This document shows, one piece after another, positions 38,619-49,318 of a DNA stretch of 64,000 bases. Both the position numbers and the translations under genes were made by a program. Position 1 is the first letter of the stretch; every line of letters starts with the position of its first letter. Under the pieces are notes generated by a model. The model made no database searches, was not told where the DNA came from, and saw only the letters and a program-made list of their open reading frames with translations. Origin of the DNA: an uncultured Alphaproteobacteria bacterium (lineage in GTDB: Bacteria > Pseudomonadota > Alphaproteobacteria > HIMB59 > GCA-002718135); assembly GCA_902623545.1 (NCBI GenBank), contig CACNUI010000001.1:23203-87202 (forward strand). Direction: 5' to 3'.

Positions 38619-40229
38619 ATGATTAGAACAACTATTGGTCAATTCGCTAATTCTCTAGGGTTAAATAAAGACGAATATATTCCAAAAGGAAAAGCTTCCT
38701 TTTCACTTTTTAAAATTGAAATTTTATCAGGATTAACAGTTGCAATTGCACTTGTTCCGGAAGCAATTGCCTTTGCATTTGTAGCAGGTGTAACTCCACT
38801 CTCAGGTTTGTATGCAGCATTTATTGTAGGATTAATAACTTCAATATTCGGTGGAAGGCCAGGAATGATTTCTGGTGCAACAGGAGCATTAGCCGTTGTT
38901 ATGGTATCACTAGTATCGGAACATGGAGTTCAATATTTATTTGCCACAGTAATCCTTATGGGAATTCTACAATTTCTCGCAGGAATTTTTAAATTAGGAA
39001 AGTTTATGCGCATGGTTCCTCAACCTGTAATGTTAGGTTTTGTAAATGGCCTAGCTATTGTAATTGGATTGTCACAATTACATCAATTTCAAATATATAA
39101 TTATGATGGAACATTTACATGGATGTCAGGTGAAGTTCTTACATATTCTTTAATATTAGTTTTTTTAACTATGTTAATCATATGGTACTTACCAAGAGTT
39201 ACTAAATTCATACCATCTACATTAGCGGCTATTCTTCTAGTGACTTTTCTCGTTTTACTTTTAGACTTACCCGTTCCAAGAGTTGGAGATTTAGCAAGTG
39301 TAGCAGGAGGATTACCAATTTTTTCTATTCCAACAGTTCCACTTAATTTAGATACGTTTTTAATTATTTTCCCTTATGCAATTATTTTAGCAGCTATAGG
39401 ATTAATTGAAAGTCTATTAACTCTTAATCTAGTAGGAGAAATTACCAACAAAAAAGGTGGAACCAGACAAGAATGTTTAGCCCAAGGTGTAGCTAACGGT
39501 ATAACTGGTTTTTTTGGAGGTATGGGTGGCTGTGCTATGATTGGACAATCAATGATAAATGTGAAATCTGGAGGTAGAACAAGAATTGCGGGTATATCTG
39601 CAGCAATTTTTTTACTAATTTTTATTCTTTATACATCAAATTTAATTGAGCTTATTCCTATAGCATCATTAGTAGGAGTTATGTTTATGGTTGTTATTGG
39701 AACATTTGCTTGGAACTCTCTTAAACTACTATTTTATGTCCCAAGATCTGACGCATTAGTTATTATATTAGTAACTGTAATAACTGTTTTAGAAGATTTA
39801 GCTGTAGCTGTAGTTGCTGGTGTTATAATTAATGCACTGGTATTTGCTTGGAAGTCTGCTTCAAGAATTAGAGCAGTTGAAAGAAAATCTCAAACCGAAA
39901 AGGGCGCTAAGGTTTATGAAATTGAAGGTCCTCTTTTTTTTAGCTCTACAAATAGTTTTTTAGAAATATTTAAACCTAATGAGGATCCAAATTTAGTAAT
40001 TATAGATTTTGCAAATTCAAAAGTAATCGATCAGTCCGCTTTAAAGGCAATAGAAGATATTGCAGAACGATACTCAAAAAATGGAAAACAAGTCAAATTG
40101 AGACACTTAACAAAAGATTGTCATCGTTTACTTAGGAAAACAGGGCAGCTTATTGTTGATAGTGATGATGATCCTGATTATGGAATTGCCGTTGACTATG
40201 GAGTAAAGTTAGGAATCTTTGGCAAATAA
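38619..40229 (+). CDS. SulP/SLC26 anion transporter with STAS domain
   Basis: [46 protein letters not shown]...DQSAL. Confidence 0.92.
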   Translation: MIRTTIGQFANSLGLNKDEYIPKGKASFSLFKIEILSGLTVAIALVPEAIAFAFVAGVTPLSGLYAAFIVGLITSIFGGRPGMISGATGALAVVMVSLVSEHGVQYLFATVILMGILQFLAGIFKLGKFMRMVPQPVMLGFVNGLAIVIGLSQLHQFQIYNYDGTFTWMSGEVLTYSLILVFLTMLIIWYLPRVTKFIPSTLAAILLVTFLVLLLDLPVPRVGDLASVAGGLPIFSIPTVPLNLDTFLIIFPYAIILAAIGLIESLLTLNLVGEITNKKGGTRQECLAQGVANGITGFFGGMGGCAMIGQSMINVKSGGRTRIAGISAAIFLLIFILYTSNLIELIPIASLVGVMFMVVIGTFAWNSLKLLFYVPRSDALVIILVTVITVLEDLAVAVVAGVIINALVFAWKSASRIRAVERKSQTEKGAKVYEIEGPLFFSSTNSFLEIFKPNEDPNLVIIDFANSKVIDQSALKAIEDIAERYSKNGKQVKLRHLTKDCHRLLRKTGQLIVDSDDDPDYGIAVDYGVKLGIFGK

Positions 40230-40235
40230 CTGTTC

Positions 40236-40264
40236 TTGATAATTATTAACTACAAATGTAATTA
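40236..40264 (+). promoter_or_regulatory. Putative sigma70 promoter of the GST gene (probably leaderless)
   Basis: TTGATA-17 nt-TAATTA, then 7 nt to the ATG at 40272; no SD. Confidence 0.45.
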
Positions 40265-40271
40265 TATTTGT

Positions 40272-40952
40272 ATGAATTTAAAACTTATTTATTTTAAAAT
40301 GAGAGCATTAGCTGAGGCTCCTCAACTACTTTTACATTATACAAAAATTGAATATGACTACTTAATGTCTTGGGATTACTATGATAAAAAGTGGTCAGAA
40401 ATAAAGCCAACTATTTCATTTAAGCAATTACCGGTACTGATGATTGATGATAAATATGAAATTGCACAAAGTATTGCTATAATGTCTTACATAGAAAAAT
40501 TAGCTAGTATAAATATCAAGGATGACATATTAGCAGCAAAAGCTGATGCAATAATGCAGAGCTCGCAAGAATTATTTATGCCACTTAATCCAACTGTAAA
40601 TTTTGCAGTAGGTGATAGCTTCAATATAAAGAGAGATGAAATGAAGAATTTTCTACTATCACGTTTTGATGACTTAGACAGATCTTTAAATTCTGGCGGT
40701 AAAAAATTTTTTATTTATGATAAACCACAAGCTTGTGATTTTGCAGCTTTCCATCATCTTGATTTGTCAAAAAAACTTGATGATGAACTTATTAAAAATT
40801 TTCCAAGACTTGAAAAATTTTTAGATGATATTTCATCGATAGACAGTATTTCAAAGTATTTAACTGACAGACCAGATTTAATTGATGTCGGTGTTGAACC
40901 AAAATTAATTATCAATGGAAAGCAACACCCAACAGGTACAAATAAGACATAA
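40272..40952 (+). CDS. Glutathione S-transferase (Tyr-type, sigma/pi-like)
   Basis: KLIYFKMRALAE, FKQLPVL, IAQSIAI, C-domain ACDFAAF...FPRL. Confidence 0.87.
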   Translation: MNLKLIYFKMRALAEAPQLLLHYTKIEYDYLMSWDYYDKKWSEIKPTISFKQLPVLMIDDKYEIAQSIAIMSYIEKLASINIKDDILAAKADAIMQSSQELFMPLNPTVNFAVGDSFNIKRDEMKNFLLSRFDDLDRSLNSGGKKFFIYDKPQACDFAAFHHLDLSKKLDDELIKNFPRLEKFLDDISSIDSISKYLTDRPDLIDVGVEPKLIINGKQHPTGTNKT

Positions 40953-40963
40953 CTTTTAAGTAA

Positions 40964-42094
40964 ATGATAAAAAATAGATATGTTAGATCAGTTGTTTTAG
41001 AAGGTAAAGGAAAGTTGTCTCTTAAAAACTTCCCATATCCTGATTTAAAAAAAAATTGTGCAATAATTAAAATGGAATATTCAGGAATATGTGGAACTGA
41101 TAAGCATTCTTTTGAGGGATTTTTTCATCAAAAAGGTGGAAGACCTATTCCACTACCAGTAATTCAAGGTCATGAAAATGTTGGAATAATTGAGGAGATT
41201 AATGGTGAACTTTTAGATCATGATGGTCAAATCCTTAAGGTAGGAGATAGAGTTGTCCCAGCACCAAATGTATCATGTGGAAAGTGTTTTGCATGCAGGA
41301 ATAATAGACCTTATTATTATTGCGATGAGAAACTAGATTATGGAAATAACATAGGCGCAGGTGAAGAACCTCATATATTTGGTGGATGGAGTGAATATTT
41401 ATATATTTTACCAGGAAGTCATCTTTTTAAATATCCAGATAGCCTAGACCCCAAATATGGTACTTTTATAGAGCCATTATCTGTCACAGGTTGCTTAGAT
41501 AAAGCAAGACAATGGTCGTCTGAATGGGAACCATTTAGAAGTGGAGATACTGTTGTAATACTTGGTACAGGCCCTATTGGCTTATTTCATTTAATAAAGT
41601 CAAGTTTGATGGGAGCAGGAAAAATAATAGCTGTTGATCCTTATAAATTTAGAACATCTATCGCAATAGAATTTGGAGCTAATGAAGTTGTAGTTAGTAA
41701 TGATAAAGAAGAAATTAAAGATGAGATTAAAAAAATTACAAGGAACTATGGAGCAGACTTAGTTGTCGATTGTACTGGTGTTTCCGAAGGTTTTACAACA
41801 GCATTAGAATTAATTCGTGAAGGAGGTATGGTTTTAGAAGTTGGTATTTTTTCTAATTCTCACGATATACCAATAAATCCTCATTCACAAATTTTAGAAA
41901 AAAGTGCTAGAGTAATAGGGGTTGGTGGAGATGATATTTCACAATATTATCCATCAATAAAAATCTTAGAAAGAAATATAAATAAATTACCTTGGGAGAA
42001 GATAATATCCCACAATTTTCAAATTGAAAAGGTTCATGAAGCTATGGACGTAGCAATGAGTGATCAGTCAATGAAGGTTCTGTTGCGCCCTTAA
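40964..42094 (+). CDS. Zn-dependent alcohol/polyol dehydrogenase (MDR)
   Basis: GICGTDKH, GHE, structural Zn CGKCFAC...C, EPL, GTGPIG. Confidence 0.9.
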   Translation: MIKNRYVRSVVLEGKGKLSLKNFPYPDLKKNCAIIKMEYSGICGTDKHSFEGFFHQKGGRPIPLPVIQGHENVGIIEEINGELLDHDGQILKVGDRVVPAPNVSCGKCFACRNNRPYYYCDEKLDYGNNIGAGEEPHIFGGWSEYLYILPGSHLFKYPDSLDPKYGTFIEPLSVTGCLDKARQWSSEWEPFRSGDTVVILGTGPIGLFHLIKSSLMGAGKIIAVDPYKFRTSIAIEFGANEVVVSNDKEEIKDEIKKITRNYGADLVVDCTGVSEGFTTALELIREGGMVLEVGIFSNSHDIPINPHSQILEKSARVIGVGGDDISQYYPSIKILERNINKLPWEKIISHNFQIEKVHEAMDVAMSDQSMKVLLRP

Positions 42095-42097
42095 TAT

Positions 42098-42550
42098 TTA
42101 TTTAAGAGATCCATTTATACAATAATTAAGTATATCTACAATTTCATCAGTATTTTTTGTAACCGCTAATGCAGCTGCATCTACTTCTTTTAATGCATGT
42201 TGATGCTCATCATTATGAATGATGATTAATGATTTGTTTAAAGCTGAAGCATAACCAGCATCAAAAGCTGCATTCCACTGTTTATATTTCTCACCAAATC
42301 TTACAATAACGATATCAGCTTTTTGAATTGAATTTCTTGTTCTAATTGCATTTATTTTAGCGCTTTTGTTGTCATGCCAATATTTTTTTTCTTCACTTCC
42401 TAGAATTTTAACACCAACATCATCCGATAATTCGTGATTGGTAGTTGGGCTTGAAAATTCTATTTCTAAATTTTTAGATTTACATTTATCCATTATCTCA
42501 TTCCGCCAATTTGTATGAATTTCACCAGATAAATAAACTTTTAATTTCAT
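42098..42550 (-). CDS. YtoQ-family protein (nucleoside 2-deoxyribosyltransferase-like fold)
   Basis: VYLSGEIHTNWR, VRFGEKYKQWNAAFDAGYA, HALKEVD. Confidence 0.88.
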   Translation of the reverse strand: MKLKVYLSGEIHTNWRNEIMDKCKSKNLEIEFSSPTTNHELSDDVGVKILGSEEKKYWHDNKSAKINAIRTRNSIQKADIVIVRFGEKYKQWNAAFDAGYASALNKSLIIIHNDEHQHALKEVDAAALAVTKNTDEIVDILNYCINGSLK

Positions 42551-42559
42551 ATTTAAAAA

Positions 42560-43330
42560 CTAACCTAAATATGCTGAGGTTAATACTGGGAAGCTTGTAA
42601 ATCCGAAATTACCTATTTTTTCAGATTCATTTAATTGTTTTCTCCAATCATTTACTTTGTCTTCTGAAACACCTTGACTTAATGCAAATTTGCTTAACAT
42701 AGTTTCATAAAAAATTGCCGGTGAATTATTATCTCTATTTGTTATTAAATATGATAAGTTTTGAGTATTTATGTTTTTATATCCAAGTTTTTTTAACTTA
42801 CCATTTAAATCAAGTGGAAGCATTTGGTGAAAGCAATGTGCTCTAAATGCGTCATGAATCAGATCATTAGTTTCTTTTTCTGGTCCATAAAACCTAAAAT
42901 AATCCCAAAGAATTGAGACATTAACAAATTTTGAATTTGTTTTAGAAATCCTTTTTATTTCTTTTAAAGATGTATCTATATCAGGAATATATTCTAATGT
43001 TTGTGTAGCAGTAATTTTATCACATGATGCATCATCTATATTGATATCATCAGCTGTAGTGCAAATAAGTTTAACGTTATTTTGATTTTTACATTTATTG
43101 CTTGCAACGTCTAATTGATCTTGGCTTGGATCAATTCCTATTACCTTGCCTTTTTCTCCAACAGATAATGACATTTCTTCGACTAAATGGCCACCACCAC
43201 AACCTATATCAATAACAGTCTCATTTGCTTTTAAATTGAGGGCATTTACAATAGCAAGTCTTCGTGAAACTCCAGCATACCCATTAGCTATTTTTTGTTG
43301 AATAATACTTGTTTCGTTATCAAATTTCAT
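42560..43330 (-). CDS. Class I SAM-dependent methyltransferase
   Basis: VIDIGCGGG, VIGIDPS, ATQTLEYIPD. Confidence 0.85.
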   Translation of the reverse strand: MKFDNETSIIQQKIANGYAGVSRRLAIVNALNLKANETVIDIGCGGGHLVEEMSLSVGEKGKVIGIDPSQDQLDVASNKCKNQNNVKLICTTADDINIDDASCDKITATQTLEYIPDIDTSLKEIKRISKTNSKFVNVSILWDYFRFYGPEKETNDLIHDAFRAHCFHQMLPLDLNGKLKKLGYKNINTQNLSYLITNRDNNSPAIFYETMLSKFALSQGVSEDKVNDWRKQLNESEKIGNFGFTSFPVLTSAYLG

Positions 43331-43423
43331 TTTTTTAATTCTCTTATATAATTTTTAGTTATATAAAAAATATACATAAATGGAATATCAAATAACAAAA
43401 ATTATTATTATTTCTCTTTTTAG

Positions 43424-43789
43424 CTCATTATAATTTCTTTATTTTTAAATACAAAATATATTATTTTTTTTAAAAAATTTTCAAAAAATAAAAAAATTTT
43501 ATTAAATTTTTTTATTTATTCTTTCTCTTCTCTAACATTAATTTTAATTAATTACTGGTTGAGTCTAAATGGGTTAAGTTCTTTAATAATTTTTAATGCA
43601 GCTATAATTACACTTATTTATTTTGAATTAGCTTTATTTTTAGAAAAAGTTTTTTGGGATGATTTTTTAGGAAATTCACTTCCAAAATCAATTAATATGC
43701 TTATCAGTTTTGTTGTAATGATGAATTTTGGATATTTTACTCTTATGTTTTACATAAAAATATTAGATATTGATTATTTTGTCACATAA
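43424..43789 (+). CDS. Hypothetical multi-TM membrane protein, start uncertain, possibly frameshifted
   Basis: The frame of ORF 43559-43789 is open back to 43424 and stays hydrophobic; no ATG in the extended part. Confidence 0.4.
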   Translation, partial: LIIISLFLNTKYIIFFKKFSKNKKILLNFFIYSFSSLTLILINYWLSLNGLSSLIIFNAAIITLIYFELALFLEKVFWDDFLGNSLPKSINMLISFVVMMNFGYFTLMFYIKILDIDYFVT

Positions 43790-43879
43790 ATATCATTATT
43801 ATATAATATAAAAGATAGTTATAATTTTTATGAAATAATATTTTCATAATAATAAAATATTTATTATTAATAATTTAGT

Positions 43880-44578
43880 ATGAATAAAGTATTGTTTGTT
43901 TTACATCAAAAAACTTCGGTTCCGGGAGATGTAGGAAATAAATTTAGAGATCGAGGATATTTAATTGATATATGTAGACCGCCTTTGGGCGAACAGCTTC
44001 CTTTAAATATAAATCAATTCTCAGCAATTGTGGTATTTGGTGCTCCAGGAAGCATAAACGATGAAGATGAATATATTAGTAGAGAATTAGAATGGATAAA
44101 AAAAGTTATAAAAACTGAAATACCTTATCTTGGAATTTGTTTTGGCGCGCAATTATTAGCTAAATGCTTAGGTTCAGAAATTACAACTAATAAAGATGGG
44201 CTTTCAGAAATTGGTTTTTATAAAATTGAACCAACTGAAAATGCAAAAAATCTCTTTAATTCTCAAAAGATTTTTTTTCAATTTCACTCTGAGGGATTTT
44301 CATTACCTACAGGATGTGAGTTATTAGCAAGGGGGGATATTTTTAATAATCAAGCTTTTAAATATCAAAATTGCTATGCGCTCCAATTTCATCCTGAAGT
44401 TAATTTTAAACTTCATCTAAGATGGTTGTATTTAGTATTATTAAAAAATCCTAAAAAATTATTTGTTAAAGGTGCTCAAAATATATTTATTCAACTTTAT
44501 TATCGTTATAAATACAATAAAAATATATCAAATTGGTTAGATTCATTTTTAGATCAGTATTTTTTAAAAAAAACTTAA
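43880..44578 (+). CDS. Class I glutamine amidotransferase-like protein
   Basis: YLGICFGAQLLA nucleophile motif, QFHPE. Confidence 0.9.
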   Translation: MNKVLFVLHQKTSVPGDVGNKFRDRGYLIDICRPPLGEQLPLNINQFSAIVVFGAPGSINDEDEYISRELEWIKKVIKTEIPYLGICFGAQLLAKCLGSEITTNKDGLSEIGFYKIEPTENAKNLFNSQKIFFQFHSEGFSLPTGCELLARGDIFNNQAFKYQNCYALQFHPEVNFKLHLRWLYLVLLKNPKKLFVKGAQNIFIQLYYRYKYNKNISNWLDSFLDQYFLKKT

Positions 44579-44590
44579 CTACTAATATAA

Positions 44591-45349
44591 GTGAAAGTTA
44601 AAAATCTCTATTTTTCACCTGTAAAATCCCTTTCTTTTAATAAAGTCGATACCTTAGAAATCATTAAACATATTGGTATAAAAAATGATCGAATATTTGC
44701 TTTCAGTAATAATCTTAATTTTAAAGATATAGAATTAATAAAAAATTTCCCTCTAAAACGAAAAATTCATAATTTTTTATCACTAAAAAAATTCCCTGAA
44801 TTAAATAAATATAATTTTCTATTAGAAGATAATTTTTTAATTCTAGAATTTGAAAATAATATAGTTTTAAAGACGGATATTGATAATCAAGAACAAGTAA
44901 AAATTTTATGCAGTAAACTTGAGGACATTTTACCAAATATAAACAATATCAATTTATTGAAAGACAGTATGAATCCCTTTTTTGATACAATGCCAAATAA
45001 ATCAATATCATTAATAAATTTAAACACTATTAAAGATTTTGAAAATCTATCAAACAATAAAATTGAACATGAGCGTTTTAGAGGGAATATATATGTGGAG
45101 GATTTAGGTAAATGGGAAGAAAGGAAGCTAGTTGGTAAAGTAATATCAATAAATGATATAAAATTTAAAGTAATTAAAGAAATTCCTAGATGTTCAGCAA
45201 CTAATATTAAACCCAAAACTTCTAATATAAATCTTAATATTCCTTTTGATCTAAAAAAAATATACAACCATATAAATTTAGGAATATATTTAGATCCTTT
45301 AAATGATGGTAAAATAAATAGAGGTGATCTTATAAAAATTAATGAATAA
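44591..45349 (+). CDS. MOSC-domain (molybdenum cofactor, YcbX/mARC-like) protein
   Basis: SPVKSL, NDRIFA, ERFRGNIYV, IPRCSATN, LGIY...GKINRGD. Confidence 0.85.
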   Translation: MKVKNLYFSPVKSLSFNKVDTLEIIKHIGIKNDRIFAFSNNLNFKDIELIKNFPLKRKIHNFLSLKKFPELNKYNFLLEDNFLILEFENNIVLKTDIDNQEQVKILCSKLEDILPNINNINLLKDSMNPFFDTMPNKSISLINLNTIKDFENLSNNKIEHERFRGNIYVEDLGKWEERKLVGKVISINDIKFKVIKEIPRCSATNIKPKTSNINLNIPFDLKKIYNHINLGIYLDPLNDGKINRGDLIKINE

Positions 45350-46466
45350 ATTCTTATTAAATCATTTAGAAAAAATTACAGGATATCTATTAATTCTTCC
45401 TGCTGTTTTAATTATCGGTCTATTTGGAATTTTTCCTGTTTTTTTCGGAATGTACATGAGTGTACACAAGTGGAAAGTTTTTAAAGGGAGATTTTTAGGA
45501 TTTGAAAATTATCAAAAAATACTTGGAGATATTCCCGCTTTTTGGTTATTCGTTTTAGGATTATTATTATTGATATTAAGTTATTGGTTGTGGAGTGAAT
45601 TTAAAAATAAAGTAAAAAATAAAATTTATTTAGTATTATTATCCATATCAATTTTTATTTTTGGTATAATATTAATAAATATCAACTGGGAAAAAATGCT
45701 TTTATCAGGTGATGAAGACTATCTTTATTCTCTTATTTATACTTTTTATTATTCTTTTTTTACTATCATTTTTGAAGTTGGGTTGGGTTTAATAATAGCA
45801 TTTGCTTTGTATCAAAAACTAGCTGGCAAACAATTCTTTCAAATGATTTTGTTATTTCCTTACATAACTCCTGCAGTAATGGGCGCTGCAGTATTTTTTT
45901 TAATATTTGGTAAAGCTGAAAATTCTTTTTTAAACCAGCTAATAGGAGTTTTTGGCTTTGATCCTCAAATGTGGTTATTTGATAAAAGACCAATCACCGA
46001 AGTTTTATTTGGTGTAAAAATAGAAGGTCTGCTAGCTGGACCAAGTTTAGCTCTAATGTCATCAATAATATATGGAATATGGTCTTATACTGGCTACTAT
46101 GCAATAATTTTACTTGCGGGTTTATCTATTATACCTTCTGACTTATATGAGGCAGCTAAAGCAGAGGGAGCAAGTCGTTGGCAAACATTTATTAAAATTA
46201 CTATACCACTATTAATGCCTATTATATTTTTTCTCATGTTGACAGGTTTTATAAATACTTTTCAGGCTTTCAATAGTATTTTTGTTATGCAAACGTCCTC
46301 TGCTGGGGATACAATGGATGTTGTTACAATAGAAATTTTTGATCATTTTTGGGGTAGGGTTAAATATGGTTATGCTGCAGCCGAAGGAGTAATATTATTT
46401 ATATTACTTAATATATTAGCAATATCACAATATGTAATTTTTAGAAAAAGGTTAAGTTATGACTAG
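45342..46466 (+). CDS. Carbohydrate (CUT1) ABC permease 1
   Basis: EAA loop IPSDLYEAAKAEGASRWQTFIKITIPLL; YGYAAA. Confidence 0.92.
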   Translation: MNKFLLNHLEKITGYLLILPAVLIIGLFGIFPVFFGMYMSVHKWKVFKGRFLGFENYQKILGDIPAFWLFVLGLLLLILSYWLWSEFKNKVKNKIYLVLLSISIFIFGIILININWEKMLLSGDEDYLYSLIYTFYYSFFTIIFEVGLGLIIAFALYQKLAGKQFFQMILLFPYITPAVMGAAVFFLIFGKAENSFLNQLIGVFGFDPQMWLFDKRPITEVLFGVKIEGLLAGPSLALMSSIIYGIWSYTGYYAIILLAGLSIIPSDLYEAAKAEGASRWQTFIKITIPLLMPIIFFLMLTGFINTFQAFNSIFVMQTSSAGDTMDVVTIEIFDHFWGRVKYGYAAAEGVILFILLNILAISQYVIFRKRLSYD

Positions 46467-47304
46467 AATAATTAATGCTGAAACTAGGATACCTTATTTA
46501 ATTTTATTAATTGTTTTTATTATTTCAATCTACCCATTTTTTTATATGATATCTACATCCTTAATGACTGCTGGAGAAGCATCTAATCAATATTTATTTC
46601 CCAAAAAATTTATATTCGAAAATTATTATGAAGTTTGGACATCAAATAGATTTCAACGTTATACATTTAATAGTTTAATAATAAGTTCAATAATTGTGAT
46701 TGGTGTTTTATTAACTAGCATTCCAGCTGCGTATTCTTTTGCTAAAATAGAATTTCCTTTTAAAAATTTCATATTCTATATGTTATTACTTTCTTTGATG
46801 ATACCAGAAATTATTACACTACTGCCTCATTTATTAATTATCAGAGGAGAAATTATTCCTTTGCCATTTGGACCTTCTTGGATGAATAGTCTTCAAGGGT
46901 TAACAGTTCCATTTATGGGCAATATTTTTGTTATATTTTTGTTACGACAATATTTTAAAAAAATTCCAAATGAATTATGGGATGCTGCAAGACTAGATGG
47001 ATCTTCTCATTTAAATTTTTTACTCAAAGTAGTAATCCCAATGAGTAAACCTATTATTGTGACAGTCTCTTTATTTACTTTTATTATAGCGTGGAATAGT
47101 TTTGCTTGGCCTTTACTTATATTAACTAGAGATGATTGGTATCCTGTAACAGTTTCTATCTATAGTTTCGTGAGAGAAGTGGGGCCTAATTTTAATTTAT
47201 TGATGGCTGCTTGCTTAATTGCAATTTTCCCAATTTTAGTATTATACTTTTTTACTCAGAAGTTATTCATAGAAAGTATATCAAACTTTGGATTAAAAGA
47301 ATAA
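46459..47304 (+). CDS. Carbohydrate (CUT1) ABC permease 2
   Basis: AAYSFAK, FLLRQYF..IPNELWDAARLDG, AWNSFAWPL. Confidence 0.92.
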   Translation: MTRIINAETRIPYLILLIVFIISIYPFFYMISTSLMTAGEASNQYLFPKKFIFENYYEVWTSNRFQRYTFNSLIISSIIVIGVLLTSIPAAYSFAKIEFPFKNFIFYMLLLSLMIPEIITLLPHLLIIRGEIIPLPFGPSWMNSLQGLTVPFMGNIFVIFLLRQYFKKIPNELWDAARLDGSSHLNFLLKVVIPMSKPIIVTVSLFTFIIAWNSFAWPLLILTRDDWYPVTVSIYSFVREVGPNFNLLMAACLIAIFPILVLYFFTQKLFIESISNFGLKE

Positions 47305-47374
47305 ATCGCTAAATTTTTTGTAACAAAATTTTAACTTTACCTCTATATTGTTTTAATAATTTTACGGGGTGATT

Positions 47375-48709
47375 ATGAAATTTTATAAATATATTTTAAA
47401 TTTCTTCTTAGCTTCTTTATTTTTTATCTCCTCGCAATCATTCGCAATTACTGCACAAGATATTGAAAATGCAGATCCTTCAGGTCAAACTGTTGAATTC
47501 TGGGTTCAATATTCAGATGAAAGATTAGATGCAATGATGGCAAGAGCTGAAAGATTTGAAGCTGAAACAGGAATAAAAGTTAATGTTGTTCACAAAGGGC
47601 ATTATGGAAAAGTTCAATCTGCTATGATGTCTGCTGCAGGAACAAAAGATATAGCAGATGTTGCAAGAGGTTATGGTAACGCTGCTGCAGATATGTACTT
47701 AGTTGGGGCTTCAATTGATCAAAATATTTTGGCAAATAGTAAAAAATGGGGTGTTTCTCAAGATGATATAGAAGATTGGGGTGCAAACTGGACTGTTGGC
47801 TTTTCACCATATTTTGATGGTAATCCAAAACTATTGCATGAAGTTGGAAAATCAATTGAGATTCTTTATTACAATGCAGATTGGTTAAAGGAACTAGGTT
47901 TAGACGCTCCTAAAACGCCCGCTGATTTTGCAGAAGCAGCATGTGCTGCGACCAATCAAGATTACAGTGGTAAGATGGGAGAAGATGTTCCAAGTTATGG
48001 ATATGAAATAGATACTGATGCAAGTAACTTTGCAGCATGGGTATTTGCGCATGGAGGTGATGTATTTGACTATGATAATGGTCAGTATATTTACAATGGC
48101 CCTAAAGCCATTGAAGCTATGGAATTCATACAAGATATGGCTAATAAAGGTTGCGCAATAGTTGCAAGAGGTAAATATACTGATCAGCAATACTTAGGAC
48201 AAGGTTCCGTTTTATTTGCTGCAGGCTCTACTTCTGGTATAACTTACTTCCAGAAAGCCATTGAAGAGGGTTATAATGGTAATTGGGATGTAGCCCCAAT
48301 ATCATACACCACTAGTGAACCAGTGCTTAACTTATATGGCGGTGGTTTAATTATGGGAAATACAGGTGATGCTAATAGAATGGTAGCAGCATATCAGTGG
48401 ATGAAATATATTTCTAATACTGAGAACTCAGCAGTTTGGTCAACTGAAAGTGGATATGGTTTTGTTAGAACCTCTTCTGCAGATCATCCATTAATTGCTG
48501 AAAAAAGAGCACAACTACCTCAATATGATAAATCATTAACAATGGTTCAATACGGAAAAGGTGAACCGTCTGTTCCTGGTTATTATTCAGTTAGAGGTGA
48601 GGTTGAAAAAGCTTATGCAGCAATCATTAATGGTGATGATATCATTTCAACATTAAATCAATTAAATGAAGATGCTAATGCAATATTAGCTGATGCAACT
48701 GCAGAGTAG
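47375..48709 (+). CDS. CUT1/UgpB-like extracellular solute-binding protein
   Basis: Sec signal; VEFW, LYYNADW.KELG..APKT, SAVWSTESGY; start ATG 47375 after GGGGTGA. Confidence 0.88.
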   Translation: MKFYKYILNFFLASLFFISSQSFAITAQDIENADPSGQTVEFWVQYSDERLDAMMARAERFEAETGIKVNVVHKGHYGKVQSAMMSAAGTKDIADVARGYGNAAADMYLVGASIDQNILANSKKWGVSQDDIEDWGANWTVGFSPYFDGNPKLLHEVGKSIEILYYNADWLKELGLDAPKTPADFAEAACAATNQDYSGKMGEDVPSYGYEIDTDASNFAAWVFAHGGDVFDYDNGQYIYNGPKAIEAMEFIQDMANKGCAIVARGKYTDQQYLGQGSVLFAAGSTSGITYFQKAIEEGYNGNWDVAPISYTTSEPVLNLYGGGLIMGNTGDANRMVAAYQWMKYISNTENSAVWSTESGYGFVRTSSADHPLIAEKRAQLPQYDKSLTMVQYGKGEPSVPGYYSVRGEVEKAYAAIINGDDIISTLNQLNEDANAILADATAE

Positions 48710-48730
48710 TTTAATTAATTTACTTTTATC

Positions 48731-48757
48731 AAGGGTGGTTTATACCACCCTTTTTTT
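48731..48757 (+). terminator. Intrinsic terminator after the SBP gene
   Basis: AAGGGTGGT-TTAT-ACCACCCTT followed by T5 (T7 tract in total). Confidence 0.85.
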
Positions 48758-49318
48758 ATGATCATTGTTTGTTCTCTAAGTGATTTATCTAATGTGTGTG
48801 AAAGCATACAGCCTAAATATCTTATATCAGTTATTGATCCAGGATATGCTCCAGAAACACCCAAGGGTGTAAAAAATCATTTAAAGTTAGGATTTGACGA
48901 TATTATTGAAATTAGTAGCAATAATAAAATATTTCGATTGAATACAGATGAAATACCACAAATTCTTCCTGGGGAAGAGCATGTAAATTCAATAGTTAAT
49001 TTTACTTCTACATATACGTATGACGAAGATGTTGTTATCCATTGTTGGTGTGGTGTCTCAAGATCAATGGCAACAGCTACCTATTTACTATGTAGAGAAA
49101 ACAAAACTAATATTGAAAATACAATTAAATATATTCGTAATCTTGCACCCCATGCAAACCCAAATAAGTTATTGATAAATCACTTTGAAAAGAAATTAGA
49201 CGTTAGCAATCAAATCTCAAACTCATTTTTAAAATTCCCTTATACTAAAACATACGATTGTTCTTCAAATTTTGCACCTGTTACTTTATTTGATATAAAG
49301 GACATTGAGAAAAACTAA
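48758..49318 (+). CDS. Cys-based protein-tyrosine/dual-specificity phosphatase-like protein
   Basis: CX5R P-loop IHCWCGVSRS, LGFDDI, PHANPNK. Confidence 0.85.
   Translation: MIIVCSLSDLSNVCESIQPKYLISVIDPGYAPETPKGVKNHLKLGFDDIIEISSNNKIFRLNTDEIPQILPGEEHVNSIVNFTSTYTYDEDVVIHCWCGVSRSMATATYLLCRENKTNIENTIKYIRNLAPHANPNKLLINHFEKKLDVSNQISNSFLKFPYTKTYDCSSNFAPVTLFDIKDIEKN

Noticed and set aside
38421..38642. 73-aa minus-strand ORF
   Set aside because: It is the antisense translation of tRNA-Pro ([20 protein letters not shown]), a classic artefact.
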